A stretch of 41,036 nt of DNA from Cyanobacteria bacterium P01_D01_bin.156 (GTDB taxonomy: Bacteria; Cyanobacteriota; Cyanobacteriia; Phormidesmidales; Phormidesmidaceae), in the NCBI GenBank assembly GCA_039024555.1, contig JBCCQQ010000057.1, positions 1 to 41,036 of the forward strand, in the 5' to 3' direction. Shown here one piece after another: positions 28,563 through 37,700 of the stretch. The notes under the pieces are model-generated. The model saw nothing but the letters and a program-made list of their open reading frames with translations. It ran no database searches and was not told the origin of the DNA. The position numbers were made by a program, and so were the translations under genes. Position 1 is the first letter of the stretch. Each line of letters begins with the position of its first letter.

Positions 28563-30008
28563 ATGCACTTTCGCACTCTCCGCACCCGTCTGTTAGCTTG
28601 GTATTTTTTGCTGGCAGTTTCCACCACTGGCATGGCTATTTGGGTGACCCGCCAGATCTACTGTAACCAGCTGTACCAGCGGGCAGAGGCCTCTTTGGGT
28701 GAGGAGGTTGCCCGGTTCCAGCGGACCGCTAATGCAGCACCGCTAGCGGCTACAGAAAATCTGTTTGACCAAGTTTTAGATAACTATGTCCCCACAGATA
28801 ACGAGCTGATTCTCACCTTTGTCGAGGGCCAGTTTTATCGGGCCAGTCAGCCCCTGCCCGCCTGGCTCCAGAACAATCCTCAGCTGATGACTCAATGGGC
28901 TACCCAGGAAACTCCCGACCAGCGATGGGTTCCTGGGGACGGCTACAGCATTTTCTATATGGCTTCACCGCTATCAGCGGAGAGGGCGCTGATGGTGGAA
29001 AACACCGTTGAGGGCGTATTTGTAGCTGTTCAAGACAATACCGTTGCCTACCAGTCCGGGACCGGAGCAATCCGGTTGGTGCTTAAGGTATCGGTGGCCA
29101 TCCTGGGCGGATTTTTTGTGGTGGCCTGGGTCACAGCTGGACGAATTTTGCACCCGCTACGGCTGATGAACCAGACCGCTCGCCAGATTACCGAGTCCGA
29201 CATGACCCAGCGGATTCCCATCCAGGGAACCGATGAGATTACGGCAGTTGCGGCCACCTTTAATGACATGTTGGACCGCCTGCAGGGGGCATTTGACTGT
29301 CAGCAAGAGTTTCTCAAAGATGTCAGCCACGAGCTGCGCACCCCCATTACCGTGATTCAGGGGCAGCTAGAGACCCTGGTCTATCGCCCCGAAAAACAAC
29401 CGGAAACCATTGCCATTATTACCAACGAGCTACAGCAGATGAACCGCCTGGTTAACGATCTGTTGTTATTGACCAAAGCTGAACGTCCAGACTTTTTAAT
29501 TCTCAAACCTGAGGACCTAGACTGGCTAACGGAAGAGCTGTACCTAAAGGCACGGTCCCTTACACCAGACCGCGACTGGCGACTAGAGACAAAGGGGCTG
29601 TATCCAGTGACCATGGACCGGCAACGGTTTTCCCAAGCGGTCATGAACCTGGTGCAAAATGCTGTGCGCCATACCCAACCGGGCGATGTGATTGCCCTGG
29701 GGTCAGCTGTTACAGGCGACACGCTGCAATTCTGGGTGCGAGACACCGGATCAGGCATTGCCCCAGACGATCAGGAAAGAATCTTTGAACGGTTTACCCG
29801 GGCTAGCCACAATCCACAGGCGGAAGGCGCTGGTCTAGGGCTGTCGATTGTCAGTGCGATCGCTCAGGCCCATGGTGGCCAGATCACCCTTTCCAGCCAG
29901 CTAGGCAAGGGCTCCACCTTCACCCTAATACTGCCGCTAGAACCTCCCATCCCGACCCAGCCCCATGAATCGCATTCTGATCGCCGAAGACAACCCGCAC
30001 ATTCTTGA
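28563..30008 (+). CDS. HAMP-domain sensor histidine kinase
   Basis: Two TM segments, HAMP domain, H-box VSHELRTPIT, N-box NLVQNAVRH and G boxes DTGSGI and GAGLGL. The ATG at 28563 is preferred because the 28407 extension runs through an intergenic-type repeat. Confidence 0.92.
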   Translation: MHFRTLRTRLLAWYFLLAVSTTGMAIWVTRQIYCNQLYQRAEASLGEEVARFQRTANAAPLAATENLFDQVLDNYVPTDNELILTFVEGQFYRASQPLPAWLQNNPQLMTQWATQETPDQRWVPGDGYSIFYMASPLSAERALMVENTVEGVFVAVQDNTVAYQSGTGAIRLVLKVSVAILGGFFVVAWVTAGRILHPLRLMNQTARQITESDMTQRIPIQGTDEITAVAATFNDMLDRLQGAFDCQQEFLKDVSHELRTPITVIQGQLETLVYRPEKQPETIAIITNELQQMNRLVNDLLLLTKAERPDFLILKPEDLDWLTEELYLKARSLTPDRDWRLETKGLYPVTMDRQRFSQAVMNLVQNAVRHTQPGDVIALGSAVTGDTLQFWVRDTGSGIAPDDQERIFERFTRASHNPQAEGAGLGLSIVSAIAQAHGGQITLSSQLGKGSTFTLILPLEPPIPTQPHESHSDRRRQPAHS

Positions 30009-30648
30009 TTTTCTCAAAGCCGGACTCAAAGCCCACGGGTTTACCATCATGGTAGTTGACGATGGTTCCCAGGTAGCCAGTCTGGCCTGCAGCCGTGACT
30101 TTGAGCTGCTGATTCTAGACCTGGGGCTACCGGGTAAAGATGGCCTGGAGGTTTTAAGGGAAATCCGCGGTCAGGGAGAGCCCCTACCGATTATTGTTTT
30201 AACCGCTCGTGATGGGGTGGATGATACGGTCACAGCCCTAGAGGGCGGGGCCAATGACTACATTACTAAACCATTTCGGTTTGAAGAACTGTTGGCCCGT
30301 ATTCGAGTACAGCTACGCGATCGCAACAGCCCACAGCAGGCTCCGTCAGAAACCCTGCTGCGGTCAGGAGATTTGTCATTAGATCTATTAACACGACAGG
30401 CTAGGGTGGGCGATCGCACTGTTGATCTATCGGCTCGTGAGTTCGTACTCGCCGAGGTACTCCTTAGACACCCCATGCAGGTGATGAGCAAAGAACAGCT
30501 ATTAAACCGGGTTTGGGGCTATGACTACGACCCAGGCTCCAACATTATCGAAGTGTATATCCGCCACCTGCGTAAGAAGCTGGGCAGCGATTATATCGAA
30601 ACTGTCAGAGGCATGGGCTATCGCCTCCGCAGTGGACACACTGGTTAA
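29965..30648 (+). CDS. OmpR/PhoB-family response regulator
   Basis: Motifs ILIAED, LDLGLP, LTARD, KPF and winged-helix end VYIRHLRKKL...TVRGMGY. It overlaps the kinase 3' end. Confidence 0.95.
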   Translation: MNRILIAEDNPHILDFLKAGLKAHGFTIMVVDDGSQVASLACSRDFELLILDLGLPGKDGLEVLREIRGQGEPLPIIVLTARDGVDDTVTALEGGANDYITKPFRFEELLARIRVQLRDRNSPQQAPSETLLRSGDLSLDLLTRQARVGDRTVDLSAREFVLAEVLLRHPMQVMSKEQLLNRVWGYDYDPGSNIIEVYIRHLRKKLGSDYIETVRGMGYRLRSGHTG

Positions 30649-30759
30649 GTCACATCAAAAAAATCATCCAGGTGGCTGCAACTAAAGCAACTCATTAAAT
30701 ACAGCAGCTAGGCTGCAAAGCCAGCCCATTATTGCCCATGGGCTCCCTAATCCCATGTG

Positions 30760-31011
30760 TATACTGCATGGAAACAATGATCTATTGATATAGTTTTTCA
30801 TTTGTGAAAGCTATACAAGAGTCATCCTGCAAGCTATCTTTGCCTGAAAGCACGTTTTGCATGGCCAAAAAAGGCTTCCTGCAGTGAATCTAGCGGGGTC
30901 AGTAGTTTCTTAAGAAAACTAAATTATTGAAACCTATTCCCATTTGTTAGAAGGTGCTCTATACTAGCCCCTAAGCTTATTGACTATTAATCCCAATAAG
31001 CTTAGGGGCTA
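30760..31011 (+). promoter_or_regulatory. Probable iron (Fur)-regulated promoter region: three Fur-box-like 19-mers and two TATACT -10 candidates
   Basis: ATTGA-N9-YCAWT at 30784-30802, 30926-30944 and 30979-30997. TATACT at 30760 and 30960. An 18-bp perfect inverted repeat at 30965-30982/30994-31011 is centred on the third box. Confidence 0.6.
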
Positions 31012-31140
31012 AAAAGTTCTGTAAATAGCGTGCAGAGCTCTTTTGTAATCCTTTTTAGAATTTATCTCTAGTAAATGTGTGTTTTGGGGATTTCCCAGAA
31101 ACACAGCTGAGGAGATTGTTTTTCTCATTGTTTAACTCCT

Positions 31141-31899
31141 ATGTCTCATCTCCCCCATGCTCTTTGGTTAACCGTGAGCCCGCAGCTAAAGAGATTTGAT
31201 CAGCGTCTACTGTGTTGCCTATCTAAGCGGGTTTCAGTGATGCGCTGGGAATATATCCAAACTGAGGATGAACCCTGCAGTTTGGATGTGGCGATTAATT
31301 TGTTATATGACTATCTACAGGGGCATTTTGCCCATACCCATAAGAGCGTTCATTTAATTGGCCACGGCCTCAGCGGTATTGTTGGTTGGCTCTACGCTCA
31401 ACAGTATCCAGAGCATGTGAAATCGCTAACGCTATTATCGGTGGGGGCAAATCCGGCGGTGAACTGGCATGCCCATTACTATGCTTTACGCCAGCTGTTG
31501 CCCTGCAGTCGTGAGGTGGTTTTAGCACAGATGGTACGGATTTTATTTGGCCCCCGTAGCCATGGTATAACCCGCTCCCTCGTGCACATGTTGGCCCAAG
31601 ATTTAGATACGGGATTGGCCCTGCATTCTTTATTGGATAGGCAATCAGTTAAGCCTGCCCGGGTAAAAGTGCCGTTGCTGGTGTGTCAGGGTGGCCATGA
31701 TGCCGTGGTGGATGGAGCCACTCAATGGCAGCCTTGGCTTAAATCCAGCGATCGCATTTGGACCTGTCCTGAGGGACACCATTTCTTTCATTTTGACCAG
31801 CCACGCCAGGTGGAAACAGCGGTGTTAAATCACTGGCGACAGGTGGATCAGCTCATGCCTGTGTCCATGACCCCAACGTTGCTCAATTTATCTTCCTAA
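31141..31899 (+). CDS. Alpha/beta-hydrolase fold protein, IsiC-like
   Basis: Motifs WEYIQTEDEPCSLD, VHLIGHGLSG, GANPAVNWHAHYY and GHHFFHF. Resemblance to iron-stress IsiC is from memory. Confidence 0.75.
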   Translation: MSHLPHALWLTVSPQLKRFDQRLLCCLSKRVSVMRWEYIQTEDEPCSLDVAINLLYDYLQGHFAHTHKSVHLIGHGLSGIVGWLYAQQYPEHVKSLTLLSVGANPAVNWHAHYYALRQLLPCSREVVLAQMVRILFGPRSHGITRSLVHMLAQDLDTGLALHSLLDRQSVKPARVKVPLLVCQGGHDAVVDGATQWQPWLKSSDRIWTCPEGHHFFHFDQPRQVETAVLNHWRQVDQLMPVSMTPTLLNLSS

Positions 31900-31954
31900 T
31901 GGTTGCTTTAGCAGGTATCTAAACACGCTTCTTGTTCAACTATCTATCCTCGCT

Positions 31955-32521
31955 ATGTCTCTCGATTCGACCTATCAATTTAAGCGTCGCGATCGCATTC
32001 GTGCCGATGCCTATACCCTATGGCAGGTGCGCTCCGGTTTGGTGCGTACTGTCACCTGGAGCGAAGAGGGGGATGTTGTTCCCTTAGGGTTATGGAGCCC
32101 CGGCAGCGTTATTGGAGTACCCATCAGTCAGGTAGAGCCTTGCGAACTGCAGTGTTTAAGCGCAGTAGAGCTGGTCCGCTTGCCCGGAGACTATGTGTTA
32201 ACCGTAGAGACATTGCTGAAACATACTGTCCAGGTCAATCGTATGTTGGAAATTATGCACTGTCGCCAGGTGCAGGATAGATTGCTTAAGTTTATCTGTT
32301 GGCTGGCGGATAATTTTGGTCAGGCTACCAGCTGTGGCCAGATAATTTCCATTCGGCTGACCCACCAAGAGATTTCCGAAACCATTGGCACCTCACGTGT
32401 TACCGTCACTCGCTTTATCAAACAGCTAGAAGCAGAAGGGCTGCTGCGCTGGTCAGGGAGAGAAAAATTTGTCAGCAGTCGAGCCCTAAAGGCTCACCAA
32501 AGAGAATTGATGATCGCCTAA
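31955..32521 (+). CDS. Crp/Fnr-family transcriptional regulator (IdiB-like context)
   Basis: Truncated cNMP-binding-like N-terminus and HTH RLTHQEISETIGTSRVTVTRFI. Confidence 0.9.
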   Translation: MSLDSTYQFKRRDRIRADAYTLWQVRSGLVRTVTWSEEGDVVPLGLWSPGSVIGVPISQVEPCELQCLSAVELVRLPGDYVLTVETLLKHTVQVNRMLEIMHCRQVQDRLLKFICWLADNFGQATSCGQIISIRLTHQEISETIGTSRVTVTRFIKQLEAEGLLRWSGREKFVSSRALKAHQRELMIA

Positions 32522-32557
32522 GCGATAGTCATACCAGAGGTCCGTAACGCGTTAGTG

Positions 32558-32592
32558 GCCTGTACTGATTTTTATCAGTACAGGCTTTTTTT
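32558..32592 (+). terminator. Rho-independent terminator
   Basis: 12-bp stem GCCTGTACTGAT-tttt-ATCAGTACAGGC followed by T7, 36 bp after the crp stop. Confidence 0.88.
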
Positions 32593-32792
32593 CATGGTCT
32601 TGTAATCAATTATTGGGTTATGTCAATTCTCTATGCACTAACTGCAGATAAAGCCTCCAGTACAGAAGCTTGCCCAGTAATGGACACGCTCGTAGCGTTA
32701 GTTAAGTCAACTAATTGACCTCGAATTATCGCTTAGAGTTCATCCAAGGTCTTCGGTCGTGTCCAACACAGCCGTTTTATGTGCTATTCATT

Positions 32793-34703
32793 CTAATAGC
32801 ACACTCCTCCTGAGCAGTTACCACCACGGTAAGTAGTCGTGGCAGTAGTATCAATACTCAAGTAATCTTCATCTGTCTGGACAAGCTGGTCTGCATCTGC
32901 AAAGTAGATAGGGACTTCGTCGTCGGCCCATTCCCCATTTCCCAACTCAGCATAAGCGAGATAAGCAACCTGGTCAGCAGGTAGCTGTACTTCTACAGTA
33001 ATTGTCTCTTCTACTATAATTATCTCTTCCTCATTTTCACTGCTACTTATGCGATACACTTCAAAGGTATAAGTATCGTCAGCTCCATCATCGTCAGTAA
33101 AGTAAAGTCGTTTTTTCTCAGAATCTAACCTGACAACAACACCTTTCTCGTCAGAAAGGGTAAAACCACTGATATCAATTTCATAGCCGGTTGTATCATC
33201 ATCTATCGTAATAAACATACCAGGGACTGCCGTAGCAGTGTCCGCATCAAATGTAAATTCTGGTCCATTCTTGTGAGGCTCTACATATGCAAATAACTCG
33301 CTATTAGCTCTAAGATCAATCCCTTCTAGGCCAAGCGTATAGCCAGAGCCACTGATCATTAAATCAGTTCCCAGAAAGTCTTCTTCCAATAGGTCCTCAC
33401 TCTGCTGAGCGTCGTCGTTTGTACCCTTTAGATCGATTTCGTAAGGTGCATCTGCAGGTAATAGATAGGTTGCAGGCACATCGAAACCTAAGCCTCCTTT
33501 AAAGGGAATATCTGTCACTCGCTCATTCTCACCATTGGCATTTCTTAAATTTTCAACAGTCAAATCACCAGGACCAAAGAAACCAATCTCTACATTACTA
33601 GTGCCACCTTTGCAAAAGGTACAGTCATGATAGGAATTAAATTTAGTGGGATCTGTATCTCTGGTATTGAGAAGAGAAATATCAAGTTTTTTAGAAGTTG
33701 CATCTCCTGAATATACAACTTCTGTTGTGGGCGGAGCATAGCGCCAGCTATCTCCTTGAAATTCGATATATGTATCATCAGCTGTTACTTTACCACCTTC
33801 CCGACTAGAGCCATAAACGTAGTTACTATCGTAAACAAAAACGCGTTTTGTATTATCTCCTAAATCCCAAACTTTATAGGGAAGTAGTGTATGTCCCTCA
33901 AACAATCGACCATTTTTATCCTTTTGATAAACACCTATGGTATAAAGTGGATCGACACCTGCATCAAAGATCTTATCTTCCCAGTTACTGCGAGCATTTT
34001 GTAGAGAACTTTCAATCTCTTGCAGCATCTCAGATGGAGTCTTGTTATTTCGATTTTCTTGCGCGTTTTTATAAACTCTATCAATTGACTGCATCGCAAA
34101 TAAAATCGTAGCGTAAGTGTGAAGCTCCCTATCGGTAATAGGCACATCGCTTGCCCGACTTGTTCCTTGTGCCCCATCCTCTAAAACACCACTCATGCTA
34201 ATCACTACAGGATTGGGTCTGTCCCAATTTTTAGTATGATTATGTCTACCGAGCCAGAAATATAAACTGGAAAGTGCCATACCTTCACAAACACCGTGGG
34301 CCATGGACTTAATTTGCTGCTCTAACCATCGACGGGCTGGAGATGTCAGAATACAATTTGACGACCCATTGTCTCCAACCCGTAGATTAGAAATACCCGT
34401 TCCATCAAGGCAGACATTTTCTTCTCCAAACATAAATGCCATTGCCAGGCCGTTAATATATGTTGCATCTCTCAGCCCTTGGGGGGTTGAATAAGTGTCC
34501 AAAATTTTCTTAGTGAGTTGAGAATTTGTGAAGTTAAACCCATCTCGTTCAGGGCCAAAATCATCAAGAATAGCTGTTACTAGGGGCGTTTCTCTAGATT
34601 GGGCGGAGGTTGGCTTAACCTCTCGAAGAAGAAGACCAAATGGAATAGACAGTATAAGGGCAATGAACAAAGTCCGGCAAAATTTGGTAGTCATCAATTT
34701 CAC
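32793..34703 (-). CDS. Probable exported protein with papain-like Cys-His-Asp signature and acidic beta-rich C-terminus
   Basis: N-terminal basic+hydrophobic segment KFCRTLFIALILSIPFGLLL...PTSAQ. Motifs GVCEGMALSSL, EGHTLLPY and VFVYDSNY. GGAG upstream of the GTG start. CDS is secure; the function is inference. Confidence 0.75.
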   Translation of the reverse strand: MKLMTTKFCRTLFIALILSIPFGLLLREVKPTSAQSRETPLVTAILDDFGPERDGFNFTNSQLTKKILDTYSTPQGLRDATYINGLAMAFMFGEENVCLDGTGISNLRVGDNGSSNCILTSPARRWLEQQIKSMAHGVCEGMALSSLYFWLGRHNHTKNWDRPNPVVISMSGVLEDGAQGTSRASDVPITDRELHTYATILFAMQSIDRVYKNAQENRNNKTPSEMLQEIESSLQNARSNWEDKIFDAGVDPLYTIGVYQKDKNGRLFEGHTLLPYKVWDLGDNTKRVFVYDSNYVYGSSREGGKVTADDTYIEFQGDSWRYAPPTTEVVYSGDATSKKLDISLLNTRDTDPTKFNSYHDCTFCKGGTSNVEIGFFGPGDLTVENLRNANGENERVTDIPFKGGLGFDVPATYLLPADAPYEIDLKGTNDDAQQSEDLLEEDFLGTDLMISGSGYTLGLEGIDLRANSELFAYVEPHKNGPEFTFDADTATAVPGMFITIDDDTTGYEIDISGFTLSDEKGVVVRLDSEKKRLYFTDDDGADDTYTFEVYRISSSENEEEIIIVEETITVEVQLPADQVAYLAYAELGNGEWADDEVPIYFADADQLVQTDEDYLSIDTTATTTYRGGNCSGGVCY

Positions 34704-34761
34704 TTCTTTTTCTCCATAATGAACTAACGTAGATTAATAGTCGTAAGTACTTTCTAATTGC

Positions 34762-37700
34762 CTAAATACCTCGACAAATCTGACGATCTTCTTCTTCAAC
34801 AGCCACACTATACTTGAGATAATTTTCAACCCATTTGCATGAAGCAAAAAGTAATCCATTTAGATCTGAATTTAAGAGCATTGTAGATGTCTGCAACTGC
34901 TCTAAATTAAGAGCCCACAATCGGACTGAACTATCCCAACTTGCAGTTGTCAATGTCTGACCGTCAGGACTAAACTGTACTGAACTCACAACATCCTTAT
35001 GTCCCTCAAATATTGCTAATATTTGCCCCTCTAAATTCCAGATTCTTGTGACCTGACCAAATCCTCCGGTAGCAATCATCTTTCCATCAGGGCTAAAACT
35101 TGCGCCCATCACTGTATTTTCATGTTCAAGCACCGTAAGCTCTTCTCCATTTAGATTCCAAAGCCTGGCTGTAGAATCATCTGCAGCCGATACAATAGCT
35201 TGGCCATCAGGGCTAAAATTTACGCCTAGAATCACCTCCGAATGTCCTTCTAAAGTTCGGATCTCTTGTCCTTGAAGGTCTAAAAGTCTAATGACCTTAT
35301 CTACACCAGCAGAGAGTAATGTTTGACCGTCTGGACTAAAGCTAACACTCAGGACTTTATTACTACCCGTAGCTAGAGTTTGCAGCTTCTCCCCGCTTGT
35401 ACGCCAAATTGTAATAGGGTTCTCAAAACCAGCAGTAGCAATTAACTGGTTATCAGGACTAAAACTTACACTCTTAGCCCAATATTCATGGTCAAGAACA
35501 GCTAACTCTTGACCATCTATACTCCATAGGCGAACTGTCTTATCTGCACTAGCAGTCGCAAGCATCTTACCATCAGAGCTAAATTGAATATGAGAGATCC
35601 TGTCAGTATGACCTGTAAGTGTTTGCAATTCTCCTCCGTCAGTATTCCAAAGCTTGACGAGATTATCACTGCCACCCGTAGCTACGATCTCACCGTCAGG
35701 GCTATAACTAATGGTATTAACTTTGTCACTATGGCCTTGTAGCACCTTAAAGTTAGGGGGAGTAACCTGCCAAATTCTAGCTGTTTCATCAGCACTAGCG
35801 GTTACAACCTTACTTCCACTGGGACTAAAGTTAGCGGTTAAAACTATATTTTCGTGTCCTGCAAGGGTCTGGAATTCTTCACCTTCTAAAGTCCATAGCT
35901 TAATCGTGTTATCGCCACTAGCCGTGATAACCGTTTGGCCATCGGGACTGAAGTTAACGCTATAAACTCGGTCATCGTGACTTTCTAGAATTTGCATCTC
36001 CTGTCCTTGCAGGGACCAAAATCTTACTGTGTTATCATCACCCGCAGTTGCAACAGCTTGACCATTAGGGCTAAAGCTAACATAACGAACCCATTCATTA
36101 TGGCCCTGCAAAACTTTCAGGTTTTGTCCTGTTATCGACCACAGTTTAGCAGTTCCATCTCGACTTGCTGTCGCAATAGTCTTTCCATCAGGGCTAAAGC
36201 TGATGTGACTCACTCGTTCATCATGGGCATTTATAGTTTGTTGTTCTTGTCCATCAAGGGTCCACAGTTTAACTGTTCCATCATCTCCTGCGGTTGCAAT
36301 GCTCTTACCATTAGGGCTAAAGCTGACACTATATACTGCCCCATCGTGGTTAGAAAATGTCTGTAACTCTTCTCCATTTAAGTCTAACAGTTTAGCAGTT
36401 CCATCTTCACTTGCTGTGGCAATCATAGTGCTATCAGGACTAAAACTTACTGCATAAACCTCAGCATTATGCACCTGTAAGGTCTGAAGTTCTTCCCCTT
36501 CAAGATTCCAAAGCTTTACAGTCTTATCTGAGCTTGCTGTGACAATCATGGTGCCATCTGGGCTAAATTGAGCACTCCACAAGTCACCTTGGTGTCCTGC
36601 TAGTTGATTTTGTTCACTGATGGAGGAAAGCGCACCTTGTAAGCTTTGAATAACGTTTTGCTTGGTCTCAGGTTGAACTCCGGATAGTTGCTTATGTAAT
36701 TGTTGCCCAGCTCGAATACCTTCAACTAAAGCGTCCAGTTTTTGATCAGACGCATTTAAGGACTGAGAATACCGACTTAGCGCATTAATTTGACCTTCCT
36801 GAACCGTTTCAGCTCGTTTCCACTGAAAGAAAGCTAAAACAAAAGCAATACTGACCACCCCTAACAACGAACGAATCAGCAGCGAGATTTGTTTCTCTCG
36901 TTTAATGCCGACCTCAATAGACTGTCGACTCGCCTGAAAATACTCTTGTTGTAGCTCCGTTGCAGACGGTTGTTTCTTTCCCTGCTCTGCCTCTGTCAAC
37001 CATGTTTCTGCCAGGGCGAACTCATTGCCCCGCAACAACAAATCATTACTCCGCTGTTTCTCTAGCCATTCCAACGCTCGTTGGGACCATCGCGTATGAC
37101 TGCGCACATGCTCCCGATCCGTATCCAAGGTGCGGATCAGCTCACTAAAGTTGGCATAGAAGTCCCCATCGTGTTTTTTAAAGTCGATCCACTGTACCTT
37201 TGCCAACTCTGGATGAAGCGATGCAGAACTCACCAGCTGATCGACAACAGTAACAAACCGTTTTTTCAACTTCGCCGCATGCTCCACTTCGCCAGCACAA
37301 TAGGGCGAATTGACAGAGCTTGGCGAAATCACAAACAGAAAATTATCTGACGCTTCAATGCCTCGATAAATTTCTTGCTGAAAATCTGTACCTGAGGCAA
37401 TACTTTCCTGATCAAACCAGGTGGTCTTGCCCTGAGCCTGTAGAGCATCGTTTAATTTACGAACAAAATCTGAGTCTGCCCGAGAATAGGACACAAATAC
37501 ATCTAAGGCAACATCTGTCGGTTGCTCCAAGCTAGCTTGAATAAATTCCTGATGAAGTGTTGTTGCAGGTTGTTGCGCCCTTGCCTGGGCCAACTTTAAC
37601 CAGGCTTCTGCCTGACGTAAATTATGGCCTCGCAGTAGGATGCTCGGATTCCGCTCCTGACGCTCCCATTTAAATGCCTGGGCCAAAATCATCTTGTGTT

